64,000 nt of DNA from an uncultured delta proteobacterium (GCA_963743305.1 CAVUPH010000024.1:1-64000), one strand, 5' to 3'. Positions 41,667 through 51,144 are shown, numbered from the stretch's first letter. The notes: a model not told the origin generated them from the sequence alone. Translations and numbers: made by a program.

Positions 41667-43202
41667 CTAATAACAGACGGTTGCCGGATCGGGCATCCCC
41701 CATCCCTCAAATTTTGAACCGAATCCTCTTTTCAGACAACTGCTCTTCAGCAAATTCTCGATAGCCAGTGACCGATTACGGTCCCGAGGCATTTCATAGA
41801 TGTTCTTGTTGCCGGAAAGCAGACAGGCAGCAGCGCCTGAGACAACCGGGGCCGCCATCGATGTTCCACTGCATGATCCGAAGCCGTTCCCTGGCAATGT
41901 GGATAACACCCCTACCCCTAAACCCGTTAATGATATCTGTTTACCGACGTTTGAAAATCCGGCAAGGAACTCATCCGGGTCAGTGGTACCCTTCGGCGGT
42001 CGGTCGACGAAGGCCTCGTCAATCACGCCGGGAGGAAAGGTCCCTTCCCTTCCCATGGCCGAAACGGCTGTTGCGCCGGGAAAAGCGGCCGGGTAATTGA
42101 CTGCCCCACGGAAATCGTTGCCCGCGGCCACTACGACGAGCACCCCATTATCCCGTGCATCCGTAATCGCCATCTTTAGGGCCTGATCGTTTGGGTCCCC
42201 GTTCTCGATGCTCAGATTAATGATATCGCACTTTTCAATTTGCGCTAGGCCTATGGCATTCAACAGATCTGCGCTATTGGCATTACCTCCCCCGAAAATC
42301 CGGTAAGATCGAATCCCGACCCCGGGTGCGAGCCCGCACAAAGTACCTTGAGCGCCGATAAGTCCCGCGACAAAGGTGCCGTGTCCTACCGAATCGTAAT
42401 AATTTCCAGAGGATTGTCCTAGAACCACATTTCGCCCCCCAATAAGATGCAGATCAAGGTGAGGTCCGACACCGGTGTCGATGACACCCACCGTGACACC
42501 GATCGAGGGATCAAACCGGGACTGGCGATAGTATTGACGCACGCCATCCCTGAAGTACAAATTCAGTGGTTCCAGGTCGAGATCGATAGACGGACTTATG
42601 GGAATATTTCGGCGAAAAGCACCCCACCGCCACAATTGTTCGCAGTAGAGCTGTTCAATGGATTGTCCTGAGAGTCGCATCATTACCTCTCCAGAAGCAT
42701 CGGTCACTTTTTCATCCCCTTCGTTACTTTTATAATTCGAGATGGCGGTCACCAATAGGCCGCTGCCTATTGGAACTCTTTTCCCATTTTCCTTTCCCCA
42801 AACCTTTATCGTAACGTCTGAACACTTCCCCTTCGGTCGCTTTGGTCTCATGACTCCAGCCATAGGTGCGGAAGCCTTCGCAAGGCCACCCGAAACTCCC
42901 GATGGCCTTCTAGGCGTGAGGGGCATGTTTAGCGGCCGGTCATACTTGAAGATAGGCCATCTGAGAACCGCTCGGTTTTGATCCACCGCACGAGCGGCCT
43001 CGTCGTCCAACTCCACCACCTTTGGACCTTGAGGCAGGATGGAATGAATGACCCGGATTTCCTTTCCCCCTGCAAGATTGGTTTTTTTTACCATAAAGGG
43101 CCTGGGGGGTCCTATAGATTCCTCCAGCGGATGCAGCTCCTTTAGCGCTTCACTAAGAAATCCTTTACGGGGTGTCAATAGGTACTGCTTGGTTTCGGCC
43201 AT
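41667..43202 (-). CDS. S8 subtilisin-family serine protease without signal peptide
   Basis: Triad VIDTG / HGTFVAG / GTSMA and oxyanion AAGND. ATG 43202 follows AAGGAGG. Confidence 0.9.
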   Translation of the reverse strand: MAETKQYLLTPRKGFLSEALKELHPLEESIGPPRPFMVKKTNLAGGKEIRVIHSILPQGPKVVELDDEAARAVDQNRAVLRWPIFKYDRPLNMPLTPRRPSGVSGGLAKASAPMAGVMRPKRPKGKCSDVTIKVWGKENGKRVPIGSGLLVTAISNYKSNEGDEKVTDASGEVMMRLSGQSIEQLYCEQLWRWGAFRRNIPISPSIDLDLEPLNLYFRDGVRQYYRQSRFDPSIGVTVGVIDTGVGPHLDLHLIGGRNVVLGQSSGNYYDSVGHGTFVAGLIGAQGTLCGLAPGVGIRSYRIFGGGNANSADLLNAIGLAQIEKCDIINLSIENGDPNDQALKMAITDARDNGVLVVVAAGNDFRGAVNYPAAFPGATAVSAMGREGTFPPGVIDEAFVDRPPKGTTDPDEFLAGFSNVGKQISLTGLGVGVLSTLPGNGFGSCSGTSMAAPVVSGAAACLLSGNKNIYEMPRDRNRSLAIENLLKSSCLKRGFGSKFEGWGMPDPATVCY

Positions 43203-44523
43203 GATTTCCTCCTTTCGCTCCCACAGTGAAGGGGAGATGGCTCCTTCCTCCAGACACTGCCGGGCGGTCTGTATAGACCCGATGGAACAGAAAATATTCA
43301 ATGCACTGCTCCCCGACACAAACCTTCATCCCCAGATCTTCACACCATTGCACCAATTGAACCAGTTTCAAAAGCGCATTGTTGGCCGGCTGCTTTTTTT
43401 GAGAACTGAACTCGGAGGCCGGTGTGGCCCTGAAAGGGTAGACATTTACAACCTCCAGGTACCTCCGGTGGTCCGCCAGAAATTGAATCGTTTTCTCAAA
43501 ATCGAGGCTGCTCTCCCCCGGGCAACCAATTACCAGAGAAGGGGCGGGCAATATTCCGCAGGAATCCAGCCCTTTTATGAAATCCGACATCTGCTTGGTG
43601 GTGATCCCTTTATTCATGGTCCGCAGAGTGCGGTCACTTCCAGACTCCAACCCAAAAAAGATCACTCGACAGCCTGCCCTCCCAAGGGCCTCCATCTTTT
43701 CTCCAGACAGGTCCGCCCTGGAGGCCCCACACCACGGTTTATTAAATCGCTCGAGGTAGCCGCAGAACTCATTCAAATTATGGCCATTGAGTGAATGATC
43801 CCTGCAGACCAGTACCGCCGGGTCATAGCGATCAATCAGCACCTCCAATTCCCTGAAAGCGGTCTTGGCCGACCGTTCAAGATATCCTGAATTCCCACCT
43901 TTAGAAAGGGAACAGAACCCGCATTTCCCCCAGGAGCATCCATGTTTCAATATGAAAGGAAGAAGGTCAAACAGGTATTTTCCCCGATGCGCATACCTGG
44001 GACTGGGCAGCAGGTCGTAATGGATCGGTTTTGCCGCCTCGCCCCTCGTAAAAAGATCATTCAAATGCACCGTTTGTACCCCGTTTTTCTTCAACGCTTC
44101 TTCGTTGGTCCATGAACCCAGCGAGTTGCCGAAGAAAAATACCCTGGTGTCGCCGGATACCTGCCTGATGGTGTGAGAGAGTCTCAAAACCGCTTCCGCG
44201 GGGACCGTAGGAAACCAGGAAGGAGTGGTAATATAAACCCGGGGATATTTCTCCCAAGAGATGGCGGCATACGCTCTTTCGATCTGGGTCTCAAGTTCAT
44301 CGTAAAAGGGATAAAGAAAATAGGCATCCGAGACTTTCGGGGCCTGGTCCATGACGTGCAATATTCGCTTGAGTTTTCTTCGGTTTCTGAAATAGAGTTC
44401 AGCATTTAGATCGATCACTTCCAGATCATATCGGCCTCCCAAGATCGCGGCGCCGTAACCCAGTAATAAATTGGGATGAAAGGGTAGATGAGGAAGCCAT
44501 GGGGTTACCAGAGCGGCCTTCAT
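43165..44523 (-). CDS. Radical SAM protein of the B12-binding/class-B-like group
   Basis: GCSWGKCGFC cluster motif, AGCRVIFFGLESGS..LRTMNKG and IGCPGES; N-terminal Rossmann-like region. GGAGG RBS before 44523. Confidence 0.85.
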   Translation of the reverse strand: MKAALVTPWLPHLPFHPNLLLGYGAAILGGRYDLEVIDLNAELYFRNRRKLKRILHVMDQAPKVSDAYFLYPFYDELETQIERAYAAISWEKYPRVYITTPSWFPTVPAEAVLRLSHTIRQVSGDTRVFFFGNSLGSWTNEEALKKNGVQTVHLNDLFTRGEAAKPIHYDLLPSPRYAHRGKYLFDLLPFILKHGCSWGKCGFCSLSKGGNSGYLERSAKTAFRELEVLIDRYDPAVLVCRDHSLNGHNLNEFCGYLERFNKPWCGASRADLSGEKMEALGRAGCRVIFFGLESGSDRTLRTMNKGITTKQMSDFIKGLDSCGILPAPSLVIGCPGESSLDFEKTIQFLADHRRYLEVVNVYPFRATPASEFSSQKKQPANNALLKLVQLVQWCEDLGMKVCVGEQCIEYFLFHRVYTDRPAVSGGRSHLPFTVGAKGGNHGRNQAVPIDTP

Positions 44524-44684
44524 TTTGTCCTCCAAGCAAGGGGACTTTCCACCCCAGCGCTAAAGATCCCTGAACTCCAGCAACACCCGTCCTTCCCGCT
44601 CGTCTGCGCTGAAACGCCAGGTCGAAGTTAAAAGACGAGACGATAACCTCATCTCATGATGCCGAAAATTTACGTCACTCAAAA

Positions 44685-44954
44685 CTAGTACCCCGTTTCC
44701 AAGAGAGCCTTCTTCGCCCGGCCCGTGGTCTTGAAAATTTCTAACAGCCGGGATACCTCTTCGGTGGTTACCCCTTCGTACCCCCAATCGACCAAGAGCT
44801 GGCGGAGTGCTTTTGCGTTTGCGCCTTCCTTGTTCAGCTCGCCTAGGAAATGCATCCCGACAGTTGAATCATCACGGCACGCGTCCGCAATCAAATCCAT
44901 CATATCCCTCTTAGGCTTTTGCTTCTTCGTCGGTACCTTTTTTGGCGTGGTCAT
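44685..44954 (-). CDS. 89-aa putative RiPP precursor (Nif11-like leader), C-terminus KKALLETGY
   Basis: Strong RBS AAGGAGGAGG; located between two radical SAM genes. LLVDWGYEGVTTEEV resembles the Nif11 A.E.G(Y/F).FT.EEL pattern. Confidence 0.6.
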   Translation of the reverse strand: MTTPKKVPTKKQKPKRDMMDLIADACRDDSTVGMHFLGELNKEGANAKALRQLLVDWGYEGVTTEEVSRLLEIFKTTGRAKKALLETGY

Positions 44955-45037
44955 ATTCCCTCCTCCTTTTTTTATCCGCACATGAGCCGTTCTGATCGAA
45001 CCTTTTATCCTCTGCGCAAGAAGGCGATGATTAGGGG

Positions 45038-46072
45038 TTACCCATAGGATGAGGCCCTGGACAGTACTCTCTGACAATAGGGGACCTGCGGGAACATGTC
45101 CCGGTACCATTCCGAAGGTCTCATCATCCCCTCCTGGCTGCAAAGGCAAACGTATTCGCAATTTCGACAAATCCTTTGATCCTTCGACACCGGCCGGCCA
45201 TACTCATTCGAGTTGATGAGGGTCGAGAGAATACCCGGAACATAGGAGCCGAAATGCTCTGTAGTTGAATGAGCCGGGGTGATGCGCCCTTCCGCGGTGA
45301 TCATCACGCTCCCCGGCCGGTATAAAGGAGGAGACCGGGTTATCCAGGGTAACTTGAGGATACCTGAGGCCACCGCCGCCAGGGGATTGTTCAATAAGTC
45401 CACTTTCAAACCGAAAAGATTCAGAAGGGAAATCATCCGGACCAGCCGGAGAAAGTCACCGGGACGCAGTACCTCCTTTGACAGATCAAATACATCCTCC
45501 GGCACGCGAATGAGCTGTATGAAAGACAACTGCTTGATGCCGGGGAACTCTATAAAAAGCTTTTCTGCAAAACGAGGCATTTCTGAAATGAGGCTTCTAC
45601 CGACGGGGCTAAAGACGTGCACGGGAAGACCAGCATCCAGGGCTTGGCGGATACCCCCTAGAGCCCGGTCGTATGACCCTTTCCCGCGTAGGCGGTCATG
45701 ATTTCGTCTCGGCCCCTGAAGGCTTATGGAAATAGATAACCCTTCATAGTTGGCAAGTTTACGGCTGACTTTACCGGTCAGCAAGGTCCCGTTGGTATTC
45801 AAAAAGGCCGTTTGGTATCCCAGGCCAAAGGCCTGATCGAGAATTTCCAGCAAACCTTCCCACAGGAGTGGCTCCCCCCCGGTCAGGTGCAGGTGCCTAA
45901 ATCCGGCTTCATATCCCTCCTGGACCATATTCTGAGCCAGAGCGGGGACAAGACCTGACCTCTGCGGACCGCGGGCGCGGACAAAGCAATGCGAGCAGGA
46001 ACTATTGCAGCGGGTCGTTACCTCAAGCCCGAGGCATTCGCCGTGAAACCGGAGAATAGCCAATTCGTTCAT
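45038..46072 (-). CDS. Radical SAM protein with C-terminal SPASM-like Cys cluster
   Basis: CNSSCSHC, TGGEPLL, TNGTLL, HDRLRGKGSY; C-terminal CRNCEYVCLC...YC. Confidence 0.88.
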   Translation of the reverse strand: MNELAILRFHGECLGLEVTTRCNSSCSHCFVRARGPQRSGLVPALAQNMVQEGYEAGFRHLHLTGGEPLLWEGLLEILDQAFGLGYQTAFLNTNGTLLTGKVSRKLANYEGLSISISLQGPRRNHDRLRGKGSYDRALGGIRQALDAGLPVHVFSPVGRSLISEMPRFAEKLFIEFPGIKQLSFIQLIRVPEDVFDLSKEVLRPGDFLRLVRMISLLNLFGLKVDLLNNPLAAVASGILKLPWITRSPPLYRPGSVMITAEGRITPAHSTTEHFGSYVPGILSTLINSNEYGRPVSKDQRICRNCEYVCLCSQEGMMRPSEWYRDMFPQVPYCQRVLSRASSYG

Positions 46073-47097
46073 TGTATCCTTCCTGATGGTTCGCTTTCTT
46101 TTTTTGACGCTTCGCCTTTTGGGGTAAGATTATTGAGGTCTCGAAATTCCTTGGCCAACCCTATCATCCGGTGAGCTTCGACCCTAGATGCCGCTGTCTC
46201 TAATTCCGTGCCTATCTTTTCTTTGATTTTGTCAATAAGGTTGTTTTCCAAAATATGTTTGAGAATAGCCTTCAAGGAATCTTTGGCCCTAGCCCGGCCC
46301 CTGCTCCTATAATGATTCCAGTGAGTCCTCATTTTATCAGGAAGGCCAATATATATTGCCGAGTGTTTCCCCTTTTCGAGATCACGCTTTATATCCCGAA
46401 TATCATCGAGAAGCCGCCAAGCAATCCCGAAGGAACCATAGGCCCTCTCAACATCCCTGGTAAGATCCGAGAATCCGGTCATCTTCAGGGAGAGGAGAAT
46501 GGGAGCCACCATGCCGATGGCCATCTGTTTTCTAAAACGATGACCATAGCCAACAAGAGATATTTGCCCTTTTGAATCTCGGGTGCTCTCATAATAATCA
46601 TCAATAAAGCCTCGGACGGTTTTCATTCCTTCGGGAAGGCCTTCCGCCAGATTGCGGAAGGCCCGGTTCATGAGCGTCCAGGCCTGGCTTCTCAGGAGTA
46701 ATGTCAGAGGGGAAACGGAAAGCTGTTTATCGGTGAGATGATCGTCGAGAGAGTGAAGAAACATCGCCAGGGATTGGGCGGTTACTGCATGGGCAACATC
46801 CTTTTTTTCCAAACGCTTGGTAGGGAGAGCCCGATCGCGGCTGAGCCAGTAAATAATGGACCAGGCAGGAGGATAATAATGAGCAAAAAAATCCAACTTG
46901 TTGCCTGGAATTATCCCCGCATACTGCAGGAGGAAAAGGATCGAATCGGTCTGAGTGGACTTAGGAAGGGATCGGCAAAAGAAAAGGATTTCTTTGCTGA
47001 ACCGCCGATAAAAGGCGGTTTCTCTTTTCGAAAGTACACCCTTACCGAAATCTACGGTTTCGCAGTGAAGCAGGAAATCCCTGATAGTACCTTTCAT
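46069..47097 (-). CDS. Class I isoprenoid-synthase-fold protein (candidate prenyltransferase)
   Basis: Two Asp-rich motifs, HSLDDHLTD and FGIAWRLLDDIRD, in an all-helical protein. Its stop overlaps the next ATG (ATGA). Confidence 0.78.
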   Translation of the reverse strand: MKGTIRDFLLHCETVDFGKGVLSKRETAFYRRFSKEILFFCRSLPKSTQTDSILFLLQYAGIIPGNKLDFFAHYYPPAWSIIYWLSRDRALPTKRLEKKDVAHAVTAQSLAMFLHSLDDHLTDKQLSVSPLTLLLRSQAWTLMNRAFRNLAEGLPEGMKTVRGFIDDYYESTRDSKGQISLVGYGHRFRKQMAIGMVAPILLSLKMTGFSDLTRDVERAYGSFGIAWRLLDDIRDIKRDLEKGKHSAIYIGLPDKMRTHWNHYRSRGRARAKDSLKAILKHILENNLIDKIKEKIGTELETAASRVEAHRMIGLAKEFRDLNNLTPKGEASKKESEPSGRIQ

Positions 47098-47138
47098 TCG
47101 AAAACGCTCGATTTCCCTGGTCCTTCCGTCGAAGGTCT

Positions 47139-50100
47139 TTAGATCTCAGTAGGTTCAAGACCTGCCCGGTTAATCACCGAAGTCAGATCCTCCAGTTCAT
47201 GGTGCAGGCCCATTTCACGGAACATCGTTTTCGCCCTCAACAAAGGCTCCTTGGCTCTCAGCGCTTCGGGACGCGAGCCTTCGCGAATGCCCTCACAAAG
47301 GCAGGTGCCCATTTCAGCGCAGGTCCTTGAGAGCTGAGGACGGGCACCCAGACTTTCCCCTTCATGAATGGCCTTACTCCACCACGTATAAGCGCTTTTC
47401 TGATCGCGGATCAACCAGTGGTAGAGACCCATTAATCTATAGGATTCCGTCCGGTATTGCGCCGCTTTCCGACAAGTCTTGATCGCCATTTTTCCTGAAT
47501 TGAAAGCCTTTCTGCGATTTTCAGAAGCTCCCTCTCTTTGGCCGGCCCGAAGAGATTCTTCCAGACGACATAGGTAGTATTCGAACTGACTCCGATAAAA
47601 GACGGATAACTGCGTGGGAACGGCCTGCACTTCAGATTTGATCCGCTGGGCGTGATCAAGTGACTTTCCCGCCGCCTCCGTTTCTTTCACCAACAGGTGT
47701 ATCAAAGCCTTTAGGCAATGCATATTCATTAAAGGTAAGGTGAAGCCCCATCTCTGGAAAAGGTCGATTCCTCGAGTCACTTCGGCAGTGGCTTCCTGGA
47801 TCAGGCGGCATTCAATGAGCAGACTAATATTCAAGCAGATAGTGCAAACAACGAGAGATGTCGTTTTCATAGACTTCGGCGATATCGCGCAGCTTGGTCA
47901 CCGTCAGTCTGGCCGCCTCAAATTGCCCCTGGTAAACTTGGGCGAGTCCGTGCCAGTAATAATGCTGGGAGGCGTAATACATTTCCCCAAGTCTCAGATT
48001 TCTGGTCACCAAATCTTCGTTGCAATCGAAAATATCCTTCCACTGTCCTTTGAGAAAAAGGTGAATCGTATCCACGAGATCATAGACTATTTTTTGCTTG
48101 GCATCATCCGGAGCCAGTCTCGGCTTGGCGTAATCCATGATTCGTCTGCTAATACTCAGGGAAAGACCGGTGAAGGAGAACAGGGCACTGGCACCAGCAA
48201 AAATGCCTATACCCAACTTGAACTGTGCCAGATCGAAATGGACGATGGTGTCATAGAAGAAAAAGGATTCGATAAAAAAACGCTTGGGGTTGATAACCAC
48301 CAGGGCCTCACCCTTTTTATAGAAAAGCTCTACCGCTTCGGTATCCTGCCAAGTGGGTAGTCTCTTGAACCAGAAGGAAGGAAAGTACAGGGCCAGGATG
48401 AAGGTCGTGAAACTGGACAGGAATTTTAAGGCGGTGGTCAAAGCATTTTGGGGGAATTCGCCCCAATAGTAGTTCAGGGCCTTGTCGAAATGCTCCACCG
48501 CCTCGGCGTAGTGCCCTCGATTAAAAAGAGCTAATCCGATGTTTTTCTCCAGCATGGCCACCTTTTCCGGATCGGCGCTGTGGCCTTGCAGCTTGCGATA
48601 AATGTTAAGCGCCTCCTGGTAATAGGTAAGCGCTTCGTTGGAAGCCGATGATCGCAAAGCCTCTTCTCCGGCGTTGATCAAGTACTCTTCGGCTTTCTCC
48701 AGACTCTCGGCCCTGCTGTAATGATAGGCCAACATCCCGTAGAATTCGTGAAGCCGCTCGTTAAAGACTTTTTCTATAGCCTGGGCCACTCTTTGATGGA
48801 TCTCTTTTCGCTTCCGGATCAGGATGGACTCATAGGCCGCCTCCTGGGTCAAGGCGTGCTTGAAGAGATACTCCACCTCCTCCATCCGTTTTCGTTCCCG
48901 AATGAGCTGAATCTCCTTAAGGTAATCGAGCCTTCTGTCAATCCCCTCGATGGTGCCGGTTACTTCGGTGAGGATCTTATAGAAGAAGTTTCGGCCGATG
49001 ACGGAGGCCACCCGGACCACGTTCCTGGTTTCTTCATCCAGGCGATCGATTCGAGCCATGATGAGGGCATGGATACTCTGGGGAATGACGATGTGTTGGA
49101 TCTTCTCCGTCACCCGGTATTCTCCCTTTTCCGGGACCACGGCACCTTCATGGATCAGGGAGCGGACCACTTCCTCGATGAAAAAGGGGTTCCCTCCTGC
49201 TCTCTGGAGAATCTGCTCCCGAAGTTTATTGGGAAAACTATCGGTCCGGTGGAGATTCGTGAGGAGTTGCTCACTTTCCGATTCTTTCAAGGGGTCTAAT
49301 TCGATCTTGGTCCAGTAGGCCGGATAGTTCTCCTGGATGGAGGCCGTGACTTGTTCTCCCGTGTCGGTATAGCCGGGACGGAAGACTAAAATAAAAAGAA
49401 TCCGGTATTCTTCCACCAGGCGAAAGAGGGCCTTCAAAAGTCCCAGGGAACTCACATCCACCCAATGGAAGTCTTCCATATAAATCACCGTAGGCCGGAT
49501 TGCGGAGCCCTTGATGAGGATCTCCCGCATGCTCTTAAAGATCAGCTTTTCTAAAGCCTCCCCTTCGATGCCCTTAACCCGCTGGGCGTATTTCCCGGTG
49601 AGCTTCATCCCCATGAGGGTGGCAATGAAGGGAAAGATCTCCCCCACCTCCTGGAAATGAATGTCCCGGATGGCCCGCTCCAGTTTCCACTGGGCCTCGG
49701 TATCGGTGTCATCCTCCCTGATTTGGGACCAGTGTTTCAGGGCGTCGATGATAGGATAAAAACTCAGACCTCTTCCCATGGAAAGGGATCGACCTTCGAG
49801 AATGGTGGTCTTTTTAGCGACCTCGGTCAGGCGCAACTCAGCCAGAAGGCGGGACTTCCCGATCCCCGGCTCGCCGCTGACGGTGATAATCCCTCCCCTA
49901 CCATTGATGAGGCGCACGACCTGAAGCGATAAGCGGTCCATTTCCTTATCTCTTCCCACCAAAGGGGAATCGACGCCCACCGATCGTCTTTTTCTCTCTT
50001 TTATCTCTACGACACGGTAAACCCGGACCGGATCGGTTTTGCCTTTGACCCGAACGGGTACGAGCGGTTCAAAATCAAAAAACCAATCAGCCTGACGAAA

Positions 50101-50744
50101 GGTGCCGTCACCCGCTAAAATCTCACCGGGCCTCGCCAGCGTAGACAACCGTGACGCCAGATTAACGGTATCTCCCATAACCCCCAGAATTCCATTTCCC
50201 TTGGTTACTTCACCGGTAACGACCAGTCCTGTATTGATGCCTGTATGCATGGCCAGACGTTTTCCAACTTTAGGCTCAAACTGAGGACTGATCGCCTCGA
50301 TTCGTTCATGGATTTCTCTCGCGGTTCGGATTGCTCGCACTGGATCATCTTCATGAACCTTGGGCACCCCAAAAAACGCCACCACCGCATCCCCGATAAA
50401 TTTCTGAATAGTTCCTTCATATTTGCTCACCGTGGCGGTAATTTCCCCGAAGATCTGATTCATGATTTTCTTGAGCTCTTCGGGATCTAAGCGCTCAGAC
50501 ATGGCCGTATAACCGGAGAGATCGGAGAAAAGAACCGTCACCTGCTTTCGTTCCTCTTCGATGGCTGGTTCTATCTGTCCGGTTCAGCGGATTCATCTAA
50601 TTGCTGCCCGCACCTGCCGCAGAACCGAAATCCATCGGGATTTACGAAATGGCAGCCTGGGCAAATCCCCTCCAATTTGGCACCACATTTTCTACAAAAA
50701 TCCAGGCCATCGGGGTCAGGATATTGACATTGGGGGCATTTCAT
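47139..50744 (-). CDS. Double zinc ribbon-adenylate/guanylate cyclase-AAA(STAND)-TPR protein, frameshifts near 50575 and 47830-47870
   Basis: MKCPQCQ..FCRKCG..CPGC..FCGRCG; VLFSDLSGYT, KFIGDAV, GDTVNLASRL; GEPGIGKS; GNPFFIEE; TPR-like C-terminus. Confidence 0.85.
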
Positions 50745-50807
50745 TCTTGGGCTCTCCTTCGATAGAGATCCCTTAATAAAACTCCGGAAGGTGGCGGTGG
50801 AAATACA

Positions 50808-50843
50808 AAAGCCTCCACAGGGCTTTACCCCTCTGGAGGCTTC
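50808..50843 (-). terminator. Terminator-like hairpin in the leader of the cyclase gene
   Basis: The minus strand reads AAGCCTCCAGAGGGG-TAAA-GCCCTGTGGAGGCTTTT. Confidence 0.45.
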
Positions 50844-50983
50844 GTCTCGGAATTTCTTGAAACTCCCACTTCATATCCCAATCCAAAAGTTTTTTAGAGT
50901 TAGGTTAGGAAGTTCACGATCAAATTTAACTGTAGGATAAAATCTTAACCATATTTTAGAAAAAATGTCAATGGTTTTCTAGG

Positions 50984-51142
50984 TTAACGAAGGGGATGTT
51001 CAAAGGCTGGATGACTGGATGCCGGCCGGATAAGCGGTTGGTGGATCCCTTCTCGGGGCGCGATAAACGAAGGGAATGTTCTAAGGCTGGATGACTGGAT
51101 GGCGGCCGGATAAGCGGTCGGCGGCTCCCTTCTCGGGCTCCC
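50984..51142. repeat. Two tandem ~80 bp direct repeats
   Basis: AACGAAGGG.ATGTTC.AAGGCTGGATGACTGGATG.CGGCCGGATAAGCGGT.GG.GG.TCCCTTCTCGGG occurs twice. Confidence 0.85.
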
Positions 51143-51144
51143 AA

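Noticed and set aside
44560-44652. Possible second precursor MRLSSRLLTSTWRF...
   Set aside because: No RBS and no similarity to the 89-aa peptide.
44955-45170. 161-aa version of the small cluster ORF
   Set aside because: It overlaps the radical SAM gene out of frame. The strong RBS supports ATG 44954.
40158-47097. Carotenoid or hopanoid biosynthesis cluster
   Set aside because: No recognisable phytoene/squalene synthase or cyclase, and the protease plus small ORF would be unexplained. Kept only as an alternative.
50840-50900. c-di-GMP riboswitch upstream of the cyclase
   Set aside because: Only a partial GACG-AAGCCTCC resemblance. The GGCAAAC/GNRA P2 stem is absent.
50984-51142. Possible mini CRISPR array
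   Set aside because: Only two units, similar along their whole length, with no spacer.
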